DNA of 64,000 nucleotides from an uncultured Phycisphaeraceae bacterium (GTDB lineage Bacteria; Planctomycetota; Phycisphaerae; Phycisphaerales; UBA1924): NCBI GenBank assembly GCA_964352615.1, contig CAYGSG010000007.1, positions 2,315 to 66,314 of the forward strand, read 5' to 3'. Shown piece by piece: positions 20,298 to 28,858 of this stretch (position 1 is its first letter; each line of letters starts with the position of its first letter). The notes under the pieces were generated by a model. It saw only the letters and a program-made list of their open reading frames with translations, ran no database searches and was not told where the DNA came from. The position numbers and the translations under genes were made by a program.

Positions 20298-21297
20298 GGG
20301 GCTCTCCTCGACAAGTGCTCCGAATCAATAAGATTGGACACAGAATCAGCAAGCATGTATTGTATGCCGAGTACTGGCTTGCCAAATGCTGGGGCAGTAA
20401 GTCCGGCTTGAACACCAATCGGGCGATTGACTTGGTACGCATTGTATGTTTCATTTCCGTAGGGTCGCAATGCTCTCGCTTCGAGTGGCGTGCCTTCTGG
20501 CGAAGTAAATCTGCCGCGCTCGAGACCAAACCGATCTACAACAGTGCCTGGTTCGAGAGTTATCTGCTTCCTGAAGCCGAGGAAAAATCCATCGGATTCG
20601 GGCCACGGCGATAGCGACAGGCGTTTGTTAGCCGCGATTGTGTCTAGTGGCACATTGTGAGGCCGTCTGACGAAGCCCCGACACTTCTGCGTCGCACTCC
20701 CGAGCTTGGTCACCTGCGTGCCCGGAAGCAATGCCGTGCCAAAGTCAAATATGCCGTCGCCAATGGTGGTGAGGTCTCCATCGAGGACACGCTGGCCCCA
20801 GTCATTGAAACCGTCACGAACAGCCGTGCCGGTATCTGCTGCAAATCGGCCGGGGTCTTCAGCGAGCATCCGAGCTGCGTTGAGCGTGCCCGATTCTTGT
20901 TGGCCCGCTTCTCTGAGTGCATCCGGCACGCCAGGCGTAATTGCAGCGGTCGTCGCCGCAATTTCTTGCCCTAGATTCCACGCTGATTCGCCAGCCCTCG
21001 CAGGCTGCCTACCCAGACCAAGTGCGGCCTCGCCCGCTACGTAGATCGAATCCTTAATGAAGCCCTGCGAAGTTCCGTCAACACCAAAAGCTCGTCCCAC
21101 GAGCGTGTTCTCGAACGCCCAACCATCGGGGTCCCCCATCAGCCCCAAGGGATTGATGAGGCTTGTCGGCATGCCGTTGACGTAGCTGTAGAGGTTCATG
21201 CCATCGGCGTAGCCAATGGGGTCTCGCTGGAACCACCGCCCGAGTTCGGGGTCGTAGACGCGGTGCCGCACGCAATAGGTGCCGAGCTCGGGCGGGC
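20294..21297 (-). pseudogene. orphan RHS-family C-terminal fragment carrying a TNT-like NAD+ glycohydrolase toxin domain
   Basis: It starts inside the RHS core end (…ELGTYCVRHRVYDPELGRWFQRDPIGYADGMNLYSYVNGMPTSLINPLGL). The C-terminus EPGTVVDRFGLERGRFTSPEGTPLEARALRP…YNAYQVNRPIGVQAGLTAPAFGKPVLGIQY matches the TNT/DUF4237 pattern as I recall it. No RHS repeat body lies upstream. The track ORF is 20294-21271. Confidence 0.75.
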
Positions 21298-21411
21298 GTG
21301 CCGCAGCGTCAAGCGATGGTCCTGGCCCGCCACACAGACCCGCGCCTCACGGCGAACATCTACACCGATCAGGATGCTCTACCACTCGCGGAGGCCGTCG
21401 CAAAGCTTCCA
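21298..21411 (+). pseudogene. tyrosine recombinase (phage-type integrase), extreme C-terminal stub
   Basis: …QAMVLARHTDPRLTANIYTDQDALPLAEAVAKLP resembles the box II / catalytic-Tyr end of tyrosine integrases. Everything upstream is replaced by the RHS fragment on the opposite strand. The stub points toward the ssrA 3' end ~190 nt away. Confidence 0.6.
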
Positions 21412-21600
21412 ATCTACGGCATCATCCCTGCCGCCGATCACGCACACGGGCGCTCACACGAAATGGTCTCAGAGAGTCCAGACGTGTCGCGTGCTGTTGC
21501 GAAAGCGAATGGGCGTAGTTGGTCAGAAGATGCTGCAAATACAGCATCTTCGAGCGTCAGCGTGTGTCAAAGTGCGACACGCGAAGACACCAAACAACAA

Positions 21601-21947
21601 TGGAGCCGGGGGGAATCGAACCCCCGTCCCGTGACAGTCAGCATGACGCCTCTACGTGTGTAGTCGCTTCTTTATTTTAGAGCTTGAGGCGGCCAGCGAC
21701 AGCCTCCTCTTCGCCCGAGCTCCCAGTAAATATTCTCACACCTGCGCCTGGATGCGCCGCGAAGATGCCAGCCCGATGTTTGCATCACCCCGCCCATCGG
21801 GCGTCAGCGGAGTGATGTCACGGCGTTAAGCCGCGAGAGCGTACTGCTGGTTCGCAGTTAAATGTGTTGCGTGCTTTTTACGTGGCCAGCACGCCCCACG
21901 ACACGCCACGTCAAGCCTTCCCTGTCCGGTCGAAACCGATCGGCCCC
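21601..21947 (-). ncRNA. ssrA: tmRNA (transfer-messenger RNA)
   Basis: The 5' end GGGGCCGAUCGGUUUCGACCGG… and the 3' end …GGACGGGGGUUCGAUUCCCCCCGGCUCCA form a tRNA-Ala-like acceptor stem (GGGGCCG/CGGCUCC) with a G3-U wobble and a T-arm. The internal tag ORF GCG AAC CAG CAG TAC GCT CTC GCG GCT TAA (complement of 21826-21855) encodes [12 protein letters not shown] is not encoded. Confidence 0.9.
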
Positions 21948-22151
21948 TACTTATCAAACAGCTATGCCGAAACCTCGGCACGCCGTCATTCTACGCCGCG
22001 CCACCACGCTGCCGCCTTGGCATCTGCTCTGGGGCCAAAGAGATGCCAAGAACCGCCCAGCCGGGCTCAGCCTGCCGTGTGGTCCTACCCTGTCGGCCAA
22101 GCCGCTGCGCACCGGTCGCAGCCACCACCCACCGACCAGGGAGCAACAACC

Positions 22152-22598
22152 ATGGGCCTTCTCAAAGAGTTTCGCGAGTTCGCTGTCAAGGGCAACGTCA
22201 TTGATATGGCCGTTGGCATCATCATCGGTGCCGCCTTCGGCAAGATTGTCAGCGTTCTCGTGAACAACGTCCTCATGCCGCCGCTCGGCTTGCTCATCGG
22301 CGGGGTCGATTTCTCCGACAAAAAGCTCGTACTCAAAGAGGGCGTTGATGCGGTGACGGGTGCCGACGGAGCAGAAGTAACCGCTGCGGTGCCAGAAGTT
22401 GCGGTTGCCTACGGCATGTTCATCAACGAGATCATCACCTTCACGATCGTCGCGTTCGCCGTCTTCATGCTCATCAAAGTGATCAACACCGCCAAGAAAA
22501 AGTTCGAGAAGGAGCAGGAAGAAGCCGCACCCAAAGCACCGCCCGCGGACGTCGCGCTGCTCACCGAGATCCGCGACCTGCTCAAGCAGCAGGCCTGA
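22152..22598 (+). CDS. mscL: large-conductance mechanosensitive channel
   Basis: [33 protein letters not shown]…LMPPLG… is the canonical MscL N-terminus. AGGGAG lies ~9 nt upstream of ATG 22152. The track ORF start (21864) would overlap ssrA. Confidence 0.9.
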   Translation: MGLLKEFREFAVKGNVIDMAVGIIIGAAFGKIVSVLVNNVLMPPLGLLIGGVDFSDKKLVLKEGVDAVTGADGAEVTAAVPEVAVAYGMFINEIITFTIVAFAVFMLIKVINTAKKKFEKEQEEAAPKAPPADVALLTEIRDLLKQQA

Positions 22599-22624
22599 TC
22601 CACAGCAACAACCCAGCGAACTCT

Positions 22625-22649
22625 CGCCCCGCACGCCGGGGCGTTTTTA
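22625..22649. terminator. hairpin between convergent mscL and the MscS-family gene
   Basis: CGCCCCG-cacgc-CGGGGCG is followed by TTTTT on the plus strand and sits in the 59-nt gap between the two stop codons. Confidence 0.55.
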
Positions 22650-22657
22650 TGCGCGCT

Positions 22658-24487
22658 TCAAGCGTCGGCCTTTGCGCCCGCCTTTTTGCCAAGACCCTTG
22701 GCCTCGCCGAACAGCGATGCCGCTCCCGCGCCGCCTGCGAGCTTTACCTCGATCGGCCCCTGCACATGCAGGTCGCGCTGCGGGAACGGGATGTTCAGCC
22801 CCTCGGCATCGAACCGCTCTTTCACCTGACGCATCAGGTCCCAGTACACATCCCAGTAGTCCGCGGTATTCACCCAAGGCCGAACGATGAAGTTCACGCT
22901 GCTGTCCGCGAGTTCGTTGAGCTTGATGACCGGCTCGGGCGTCTTGAGCACCTTGGTGTGCCCCGCGACGATGGCTTCGAGCACGCTCTGGGCTTTGGTC
23001 AGATCGTCGCCGTACCCAACGCCGAACGTCAGATCAACCCGGCGCGTCTTGCGCCCGGTCGCGTTGGTAATGACGTTGCCCCATATCTCGTTGTTAGGCA
23101 CGTGCATCACTTGGTTGTCGAACGTCATAATGGTGGTCGTGAACAGGCTCAGCTTGTCGACCTTGCCGTTGACGCCTCCCGCCGTCACCACGTTACCGAC
23201 ATCAAACGGCCGATAGAACAAGATCAACAGCCCGCTTGCGAAGTTGCTCAGCGTTCCCTGCAACGCCAGGCCAACCACCAGACCCGCAGCACCGATCATC
23301 GCCAGCGCCCAGTACATATCGAACCCCGCAGCGGAGATCGCTGCCACGATGCCCACCACCATCGTCACGCGCGAAACGCTCTTGACCATGAACTCTTTCA
23401 ATAGGCTCGAAGTGCGGTGCATCCGATTCATCGCCGCGCTGACAGCTCGTCGCACGATCCGACTGAGCACCCAGAACAGCAGCAACACCCCGACGAACTT
23501 GCCAACGTTGATCGCGACCTTCACCCCGCCCGTCGGGCTCACCGCCCAGCTCTGCACCTGCGAACGCAGCACCGACGGGTTCAACAGGTTTAGCCGCTGC
23601 CCCGTCGAGGCCGCTACGTAGTTGCGAGCCCCGGCGACATCCACCTCACGCCTCTTGAGCATGTTGACCGCCGCCGTGGTTCGCTCGGCGATCTTTTCCA
23701 CGACCACCTGCTGCTGCTGGGACCGCTCCGCCAGCTTCTTCATCGCCTCTGTTCGTTCCTCGGCCGAGAACTTCCGTGTGAACGCCTCGTCGCCTGCCTC
23801 GAGCCGCTGGAGCGCGATGTCGATCCGGATCCGCTTGCGGACTTCCAGTTGCAAGATTCCCTGCCACGCCTTCACACGCTCAGCGATCTGCTCCGACTGC
23901 AACGGCTGAAGCTCCAACGTCAGTTCATCAACCGACACCGCCCAAGGCTCGGGCCGCTCGTGTACCGGCGGCATCGCCTGCACCTCGGCGATCATCTCAT
24001 CGAGCCGTGTGTCCAGCGTGGTGGCTTGGGCTTTCGCGGTCGGTGCCGACTCGGCATCGCGGCCCAGGCCGCTCACTTCTTGCACATAGAGCCGCTCGGA
24101 GACCACGTCCGCGCCCTTGGCCTCGGCTGCGTTCAACAACTGCTTGACCCGGCTGATGAGCGCTCCGTGCTGCGTTCGAGCCGCTGTGATTTGTTCATCC
24201 AAAGCGGGCTGCGCGGGCGCCGCACCCTCAGCCTCTTTCGACTCCACCTTGAGCCGCAGCATCTCAGCCAGCCCGAACGCCGAGCGCTGCAACTCCTCCA
24301 TCGCCGGCGCGATCAACAACTCGAGTTCATCGAGCCGCATCGGCGCCAACCGAAGCGTCAGGCTCTCGGTCGAAGCATCGAGAAGCTCCGTGGTCGTCAC
24401 CGGCTCGGCCTGGCCTTGCGCGAGCGGGCTCGCCGCCACCACGCACAACAGGCTCACCGCAACACGCTGCATCATCTTGCTTCGCAT
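22658..24487 (-). CDS. mechanosensitive ion channel family protein (MscS family, with a long periplasmic coiled-coil N-terminus)
   Basis: A signal peptide and helical region are followed by TM segments and the MscS core …FDVGNVVTAGGVNGKVDKLSLFTTTIMTFDNQVMHVPNNEIWGNVITN…. Confidence 0.85.
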   Translation of the reverse strand: MRSKMMQRVAVSLLCVVAASPLAQGQAEPVTTTELLDASTESLTLRLAPMRLDELELLIAPAMEELQRSAFGLAEMLRLKVESKEAEGAAPAQPALDEQITAARTQHGALISRVKQLLNAAEAKGADVVSERLYVQEVSGLGRDAESAPTAKAQATTLDTRLDEMIAEVQAMPPVHERPEPWAVSVDELTLELQPLQSEQIAERVKAWQGILQLEVRKRIRIDIALQRLEAGDEAFTRKFSAEERTEAMKKLAERSQQQQVVVEKIAERTTAAVNMLKRREVDVAGARNYVAASTGQRLNLLNPSVLRSQVQSWAVSPTGGVKVAINVGKFVGVLLLFWVLSRIVRRAVSAAMNRMHRTSSLLKEFMVKSVSRVTMVVGIVAAISAAGFDMYWALAMIGAAGLVVGLALQGTLSNFASGLLILFYRPFDVGNVVTAGGVNGKVDKLSLFTTTIMTFDNQVMHVPNNEIWGNVITNATGRKTRRVDLTFGVGYGDDLTKAQSVLEAIVAGHTKVLKTPEPVIKLNELADSSVNFIVRPWVNTADYWDVYWDLMRQVKERFDAEGLNIPFPQRDLHVQGPIEVKLAGGAGAASLFGEAKGLGKKAGAKADA

Positions 24488-24650
24488 CTCTCAAGGCTCC
24501 GTTTCTGTCGCTGTCGCCATCAGCTCAAAGCCATCCGTCTGGCAGTCACTGGCTCTCCATACAGCCTAGCACCGGCACGCTACGAAACATCGTTCAACCT
24601 GCCGATGCTGGCTGCCTATCGCTCTGTTCCCAGCGTGCAAGCCAGCACGC

Positions 24651-24688
24651 AAAAAAAGAACAGGGCGGCACCCGAAGGTACCGCCCTG
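24651..24688 (-). terminator. Rho-independent terminator downstream of the DUF11 gene
   Basis: The minus strand reads CAGGGCGGUACC-uucg-GGUGCCGCCCUG followed by UUCUUUUUUU, 52 nt after stop 24740. Confidence 0.65.
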
Positions 24689-24739
24689 CGTGAGAAGCAG
24701 AGTCAGAGACTCAGCCAGTCGAGTGTTCCCTCAGAGGGC

Positions 24740-26326
24740 TCACTCGTACTGGTTGGTGGCCTCGGTCTCCTCCACCGGACGAGTCAGCTGATCGCTGGTC
24801 ATCGAGGTCGAGAAGCGGACCGAGCCAGCAGCGTTCGCACGGACGCGGACTTGCCACTCGGCCTTGGCACCCGCAGCCAGGCTGGGCAGCGGGGCGAAGG
24901 TGATCTGCTGACCGGTCGAGGTCGCGGTCGTCGCGCCACCAGCACTGACGAACGTCTGGCCGGCCTCAAGGGTGTGGCTGATACGGATGTTGGTATCCGT
25001 CGCCGAACCCTGGTTGGTCACGGTGATCACGTAGGTGGTTTCCTCGCCGACCAGGACCGGGTCAGTGATATCAACAACCTCGAGCAGGATGGCCGGGATG
25101 CCGCGAACCTCGGTCGAGAGCGGGCAAGAAGCAGCGGTGTTGCAGCTGCCGTTGACCGAAGCGGTGGCGTTGTAGGTGCCGATGCCGCCGGGGTTGATGC
25201 TCACGCGGACATCGCGGGAAGCACCCGCAGCCAGCGAGCCCATCGACCAGACAACCTGGCCGCCCTGAACGGTGCCGCCGCCGGCGTCGGTGACGGTCGC
25301 GCCCGCGGGCACGTTGTAGGTAAGAACCGTGTTCTCGGAAGCAGCGTCACCCGTGTTGGAGACGCTGATCGTCACAGGGGCAGGACGACCCAGGAACATC
25401 GTGCTCGGAGCCGAGCAGTTGATGGCCAACATCGGACGACGAACAACGGTCGTGACCGGGTTCGACGCGACGTTCAACTGACCGCTGGTCGCCGAAGCGT
25501 TGGCGGTGTTGGAACCGGCGTTAGCCGCACACACGCGGATCATGCTCTGCTTGCTCTCGCCCGCAGCCAGGTTGCCAGCGCTCAGGTTGAGCGAGTCGTT
25601 CGTGGTCAGGCCAGCGGGAAGCTGGACCGCGACCTGAACGTTCTCGGCCACACCGCTGCCGGTGTTGGTCACCATCACGCGGAGGTCGTAGCAGTCGCAG
25701 TTCGCGTCCGCGGGGCCTTCGAGAACGATGGCCAGAGCGGGCTCGACCACGTCGATGGTGTCGCACAGCGGCACGCGGTAGCGGGCCTCTGCACAGCTGT
25801 TGACCGCGTCAGCGCTGGTAGCGCGACCGGTCACACGAACGACCGCGCTCTCGCCGGGGGCGAGCGACGGGATCGACCAGGTGCCGGCGCCGCTCTGAGC
25901 GGGCTCCGACGAGATAACCTGGAAGTGGCTGGAGATCTGCTCAACAAGCTCGATGTCCGACATGGTCGAATCGGTCGTGTTGGTCAGCACGTAGCTGTAG
26001 TCGAAGGCCTCGCCCAGGCGAACCTGCGCGGGAGCCTTGCGCTCGACCAGAAGCTGCGGCGTGCGGGTGTGACCCGTGGGGAACGCCGCGATGGTGCCCG
26101 AGCCGTAGACGGGCGCGGGCGTGGGAGCGGGCTTGGGATCCTCTGGCCAGTCGCCCGCGTGCGCGGGTGCAGTCGTGGGAGCCGGAGCCACATACGTACC
26201 AGCATCCGGGGCATCGGGCCAGTTGCCGCCTTCGACATATGCGTGGTTGCTGCTCTGGCAACCTACGGCGAGCAATCCAGCTCCCATGATGGCCGCCACT
26301 TGGTTCAAGGCCTTACCGAACATCAT
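24740..26326 (-). CDS. DUF11 (conserved repeat domain) surface lipoprotein
   Basis: Lipoprotein-type signal MMFGKALNQVAAIMGAGLLAVGC. There are four to five repeats of the …V(T/S)N(T/Q)G…(E/T)N(V/I)…LP(A)G… type (TIGR01451-like). The track ORF starts 33 nt further upstream. Confidence 0.75.
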   Translation of the reverse strand: MMFGKALNQVAAIMGAGLLAVGCQSSNHAYVEGGNWPDAPDAGTYVAPAPTTAPAHAGDWPEDPKPAPTPAPVYGSGTIAAFPTGHTRTPQLLVERKAPAQVRLGEAFDYSYVLTNTTDSTMSDIELVEQISSHFQVISSEPAQSGAGTWSIPSLAPGESAVVRVTGRATSADAVNSCAEARYRVPLCDTIDVVEPALAIVLEGPADANCDCYDLRVMVTNTGSGVAENVQVAVQLPAGLTTNDSLNLSAGNLAAGESKQSMIRVCAANAGSNTANASATSGQLNVASNPVTTVVRRPMLAINCSAPSTMFLGRPAPVTISVSNTGDAASENTVLTYNVPAGATVTDAGGGTVQGGQVVWSMGSLAAGASRDVRVSINPGGIGTYNATASVNGSCNTAASCPLSTEVRGIPAILLEVVDITDPVLVGEETTYVITVTNQGSATDTNIRISHTLEAGQTFVSAGGATTATSTGQQITFAPLPSLAAGAKAEWQVRVRANAAGSVRFSTSMTSDQLTRPVEETEATNQYE

Positions 26327-26644
26327 CGTGATCCCTTTCAGTTCATCGCCTACCGGCACTCACCGGCTAGGCTGTCGTAATCTGCTGACCCACCCTGGTC
26401 GATCAGAGCTGATCCTCTTGACGCTCTCAGCAGCCGGGGTCCCTCCCACGAGTCCGCCGAGATCGCGCCTCAACTTAGTGAGGCATAACAAGCAAGAGTC
26501 CGAGTTTACACCGTCTCAGCATCCCTGGCGCGGCAACCGGGTAGATTTCCTTTGCGAATTCTGTCCCCCGCCGCAACCAAGGCAAGCCGACTGAGGCCCA
26601 GCCGCCGTCTTGTGCCACGCATGGCGGGCTCTACCATACAGCCC

Positions 26645-27505
26645 ATGAAAATCGCTGTGCTCATCCCCGCCGCCGGTGCCTCGGCTCGTTTCAACCCCGA
26701 TGGCGGCAACCGCTCCAAGCTCGATGAACCCCTCGGCGAACGCCCCGTGCTGCACCGAACCCTCGACGCCTTCAACAATTACTCCAGCCCCGACGCCGAG
26801 ATCGTCCATCTCGCCGTCGCTGGACCAGCAGGCGACGAGGCGTTCGACGCCTTCAAACTCCGACACGGCGACACACTCGCCCTGCTCGGTATCGCCCTCG
26901 TCCGAGGCGGCCGCGAACACCGTTACCAGACCGTCCGCGCCCTCATCGAGACTGTCCCGCCCGACGCCACGCACATCGCCGTCCACGACGCAGCCCGGCC
27001 ATGCCTCTCCAGCGACTTGCTCGACCGTCTGTTCGCCGCAGCACGCCAGCACCCCGCGGTCGTGCCCGCCTTGCCAGCGAGCGACACACTCAAGCGAGCC
27101 GCCGCTGAGCCGATCGAATCCGCCGAGCCCGATCCGCTCGGCGCCATCCTCGGCACCGATAGCGCCGCCGACGATGTCGTCTGGCCCGTCGAGCAAACTG
27201 TTTCGAGGCAGCGCATCTGGATGGCGCAGACGCCGCAGGTGTTCGAGGCCGACCTGCTCCGCCGGGCCTACGCCCAGAGCGACCTTGCCAGCACCGACGA
27301 CGCACAACTGGTTGAGCGACTCAACGAACCAATCAACGAACCAATCGGCGGGCCACAGGGGGAGCCAAACGTGGGGGCGCGCGTCGTGCTCGTCGAGGGC
27401 GAAGCCGAGAACATCAAGATCACTCGGCCCGTCGACCTCGTCATCGCGCGCGCCATCCTCGGCGTGCGCGACAAGACCCAGCGCCCGACCCACAAACGCT
27501 TCTAG
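26645..27505 (+). CDS. ispD: 2-C-methyl-D-erythritol 4-phosphate cytidylyltransferase
   Basis: MKIAVLIPAAGASARF…KLDEPLGERPVLHRTLDAF… and the C-terminal ENIKITRPVDL are IspD hallmarks. Upstream alternative starts exist at 26552 and 26621. Confidence 0.85.
   Translation: MKIAVLIPAAGASARFNPDGGNRSKLDEPLGERPVLHRTLDAFNNYSSPDAEIVHLAVAGPAGDEAFDAFKLRHGDTLALLGIALVRGGREHRYQTVRALIETVPPDATHIAVHDAARPCLSSDLLDRLFAAARQHPAVVPALPASDTLKRAAAEPIESAEPDPLGAILGTDSAADDVVWPVEQTVSRQRIWMAQTPQVFEADLLRRAYAQSDLASTDDAQLVERLNEPINEPIGGPQGEPNVGARVVLVEGEAENIKITRPVDLVIARAILGVRDKTQRPTHKRF
27321..27344 (+). repeat. perfect 12-bp tandem duplication inside ispD
   Basis: TCAACGAACCAA occurs twice in tandem and is in-frame, giving …LNEPINEPI…. 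Confidence 0.9.
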
Positions 27506-27556
27506 AAGCCGATCGCACGCCGCCGCAGGCACCAGAAACTGGCCTGGCGCGATGGC

Positions 27557-28171
27557 TCAGTACCGCCGAACGACCGCCTTCACGCAGCCCTGAATCTGGC
27601 AGAACTTCACGCGGATCGGCTCAAAATCCGGGTTCGCTGGCTGAAGCCGAATGTGGTCGTCTTCCTTGAAGAACGTCTTGAGCGTGGTCGAGCCATCGGG
27701 CAGCAGCGCGACGACACGATCGCCGTTGGCCGCCACCTGTCGGCGTTCAACGATAATCAGGTCGCCGTCCAAAATACCCTCGTCCCGCATCGAGTCGCCT
27801 TCGACCTCCAGCGCGAACGTTGTGTCCTGCTTGGCCGCGGTCGACCCCAGCAGATCGTTCAGATCGATCTCGTCGCGGTTCTCGACCTTCTCGATCGGGT
27901 ACCCCGCCGCGATTTTGCCCACCAGCGGGAACCGCAGCGGCCGATTCTCATCGGGAACCGCGATCCCATCAGCGATGGAAAGGGAGCGTGCCTTGTTGGC
28001 CTCGCGGACCAACGCCCCTTTCTTGATGAGCGCTTCCACGTGCTCGAACACGGTAACCTTGCTGACTCCGATTTCGTCGGCCAGCTCCTGCATCGTCGGC
28101 GAATAGCCATGCCGAACCCGCCAGTCGCGGATCAATTGCAAAATGCGGAGCTGCTTGGGAGTGAGATTCAT
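27557..28171 (-). CDS. lexA: LexA repressor
   Basis: MNLTPKQLRILQLIRDW…GYSPTMQELADEIGVSKVTVFEHVEALIKKG (wHTH), the A-G cleavage site in VGKIAAGYPIE, catalytic GDSM and …TTLKTF… are all present. The track start at 28231 adds 20 unlikely residues. Confidence 0.9.
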   Translation of the reverse strand: MNLTPKQLRILQLIRDWRVRHGYSPTMQELADEIGVSKVTVFEHVEALIKKGALVREANKARSLSIADGIAVPDENRPLRFPLVGKIAAGYPIEKVENRDEIDLNDLLGSTAAKQDTTFALEVEGDSMRDEGILDGDLIIVERRQVAANGDRVVALLPDGSTTLKTFFKEDDHIRLQPANPDFEPIRVKFCQIQGCVKAVVRRY

Positions 28172-28227
28172 CGTTCGCTCTCTTCGTTGCTGCGGGGAAC
28201 CCGTGGTGGGCACCCCTTGCGGTGAAC

Positions 28228-28243
28228 GCACCCATCGGGGTGC
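28228..28243. promoter_or_regulatory. palindrome GCACCC-N4-GGGTGC upstream of lexA (candidate operator)
   Basis: A perfect 6-4-6 inverted repeat lies 57-72 nt upstream of the lexA ATG. An extra GCACCC half-site is at 28210-28215. Confidence 0.3.
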
Positions 28244-28858
28244 AACGTGTGTGTTCCGATTCGGCCATGCCCGCGGGCACAGCCAATGTTCCTTCTCTGC
28301 TTCGATACCCCGAGCGTGCCGTTAGGCCCCGAACCACACGGGCCTCGGCCAGCTTCGGCCAGCGGGCGCATCGCTCAAGTCTTCCCGCCTGCTCTTCAAG
28401 CATCAGCACCGCTGTCGTCAGCAGCGCCACGCGGCCCGCGACCGGTTCTGCTCCGGGTCGGGGACCGTGTCGGGGGCCGGGCGTCCGTTCGGCGAACGCT
28501 CCCCTGCGGTTCGGGTCAGCTTCAAACTCGCGGTCAAAATCGCCGCCCGGGCCTAAGCGAAGCACCGCTTCGCCTCCCCGATCATGCCCCATAACACCGA
28601 CCGCTCGGGGCTCATCTCTGCTCATTCTGCGAAGCCAGTTCAGCACAGCACATCCTTTCGCTCGCTGTTGGCTCCGCCAATCGCTATCCGAACACGAACC
28701 ATATCGACCGAGCGTACACCCAACCTTGAACATACGCAAGCCAATGATCGGTATTTGATACACTAGCACAAACAGTAAATCACAAAAACCCACCCATTCA
28801 CGGGTGAAGGTCGATTTTCCGGCCACAAAAACGTGGGCTCTACCCGGTCACCCCTGGC

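Noticed and set aside
1-21600. A direct repeat of the ssrA 3' end marking the distal island boundary (attR/attL).
   Set aside because: I could not find a second copy of GGTTCGATTCCCC or its complement by eye. The boundary may lie outside the window or be eroded, and it needs a computational search.
21298-21663. 121-aa ORF extending from the integrase stub into the tmRNA gene, and the N-terminal extension of the mscL track ORF (21864-22151).
   Set aside because: Both run through or into ssrA. Only the first ~38 codons of the former resemble an integrase, and mscL has a canonical start with an RBS at 22152.
28172-28300. Canonical SOS boxes (GAAC-N4-GTTC, CTGT-N8-ACAG, TGTTC-N4-GAACA, GTTC-N7-GTTC) upstream of lexA.
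   Set aside because: Only isolated GAAC/GTTC tetramers at non-canonical spacing were seen. I report the GCACCC-N4-GGGTGC palindrome as a low-confidence alternative.
27969-28826. 285-aa minus-strand ORF and 178-aa plus-strand ORF (28222-28758) in the dprA-lexA gap.
   Set aside because: The minus ORF would overlap lexA by >200 nt in another frame, and its third-position G/C is only moderate. The plus ORF is Arg/Ser/Pro-rich off-frame-type sequence. Neither has a recognisable motif.
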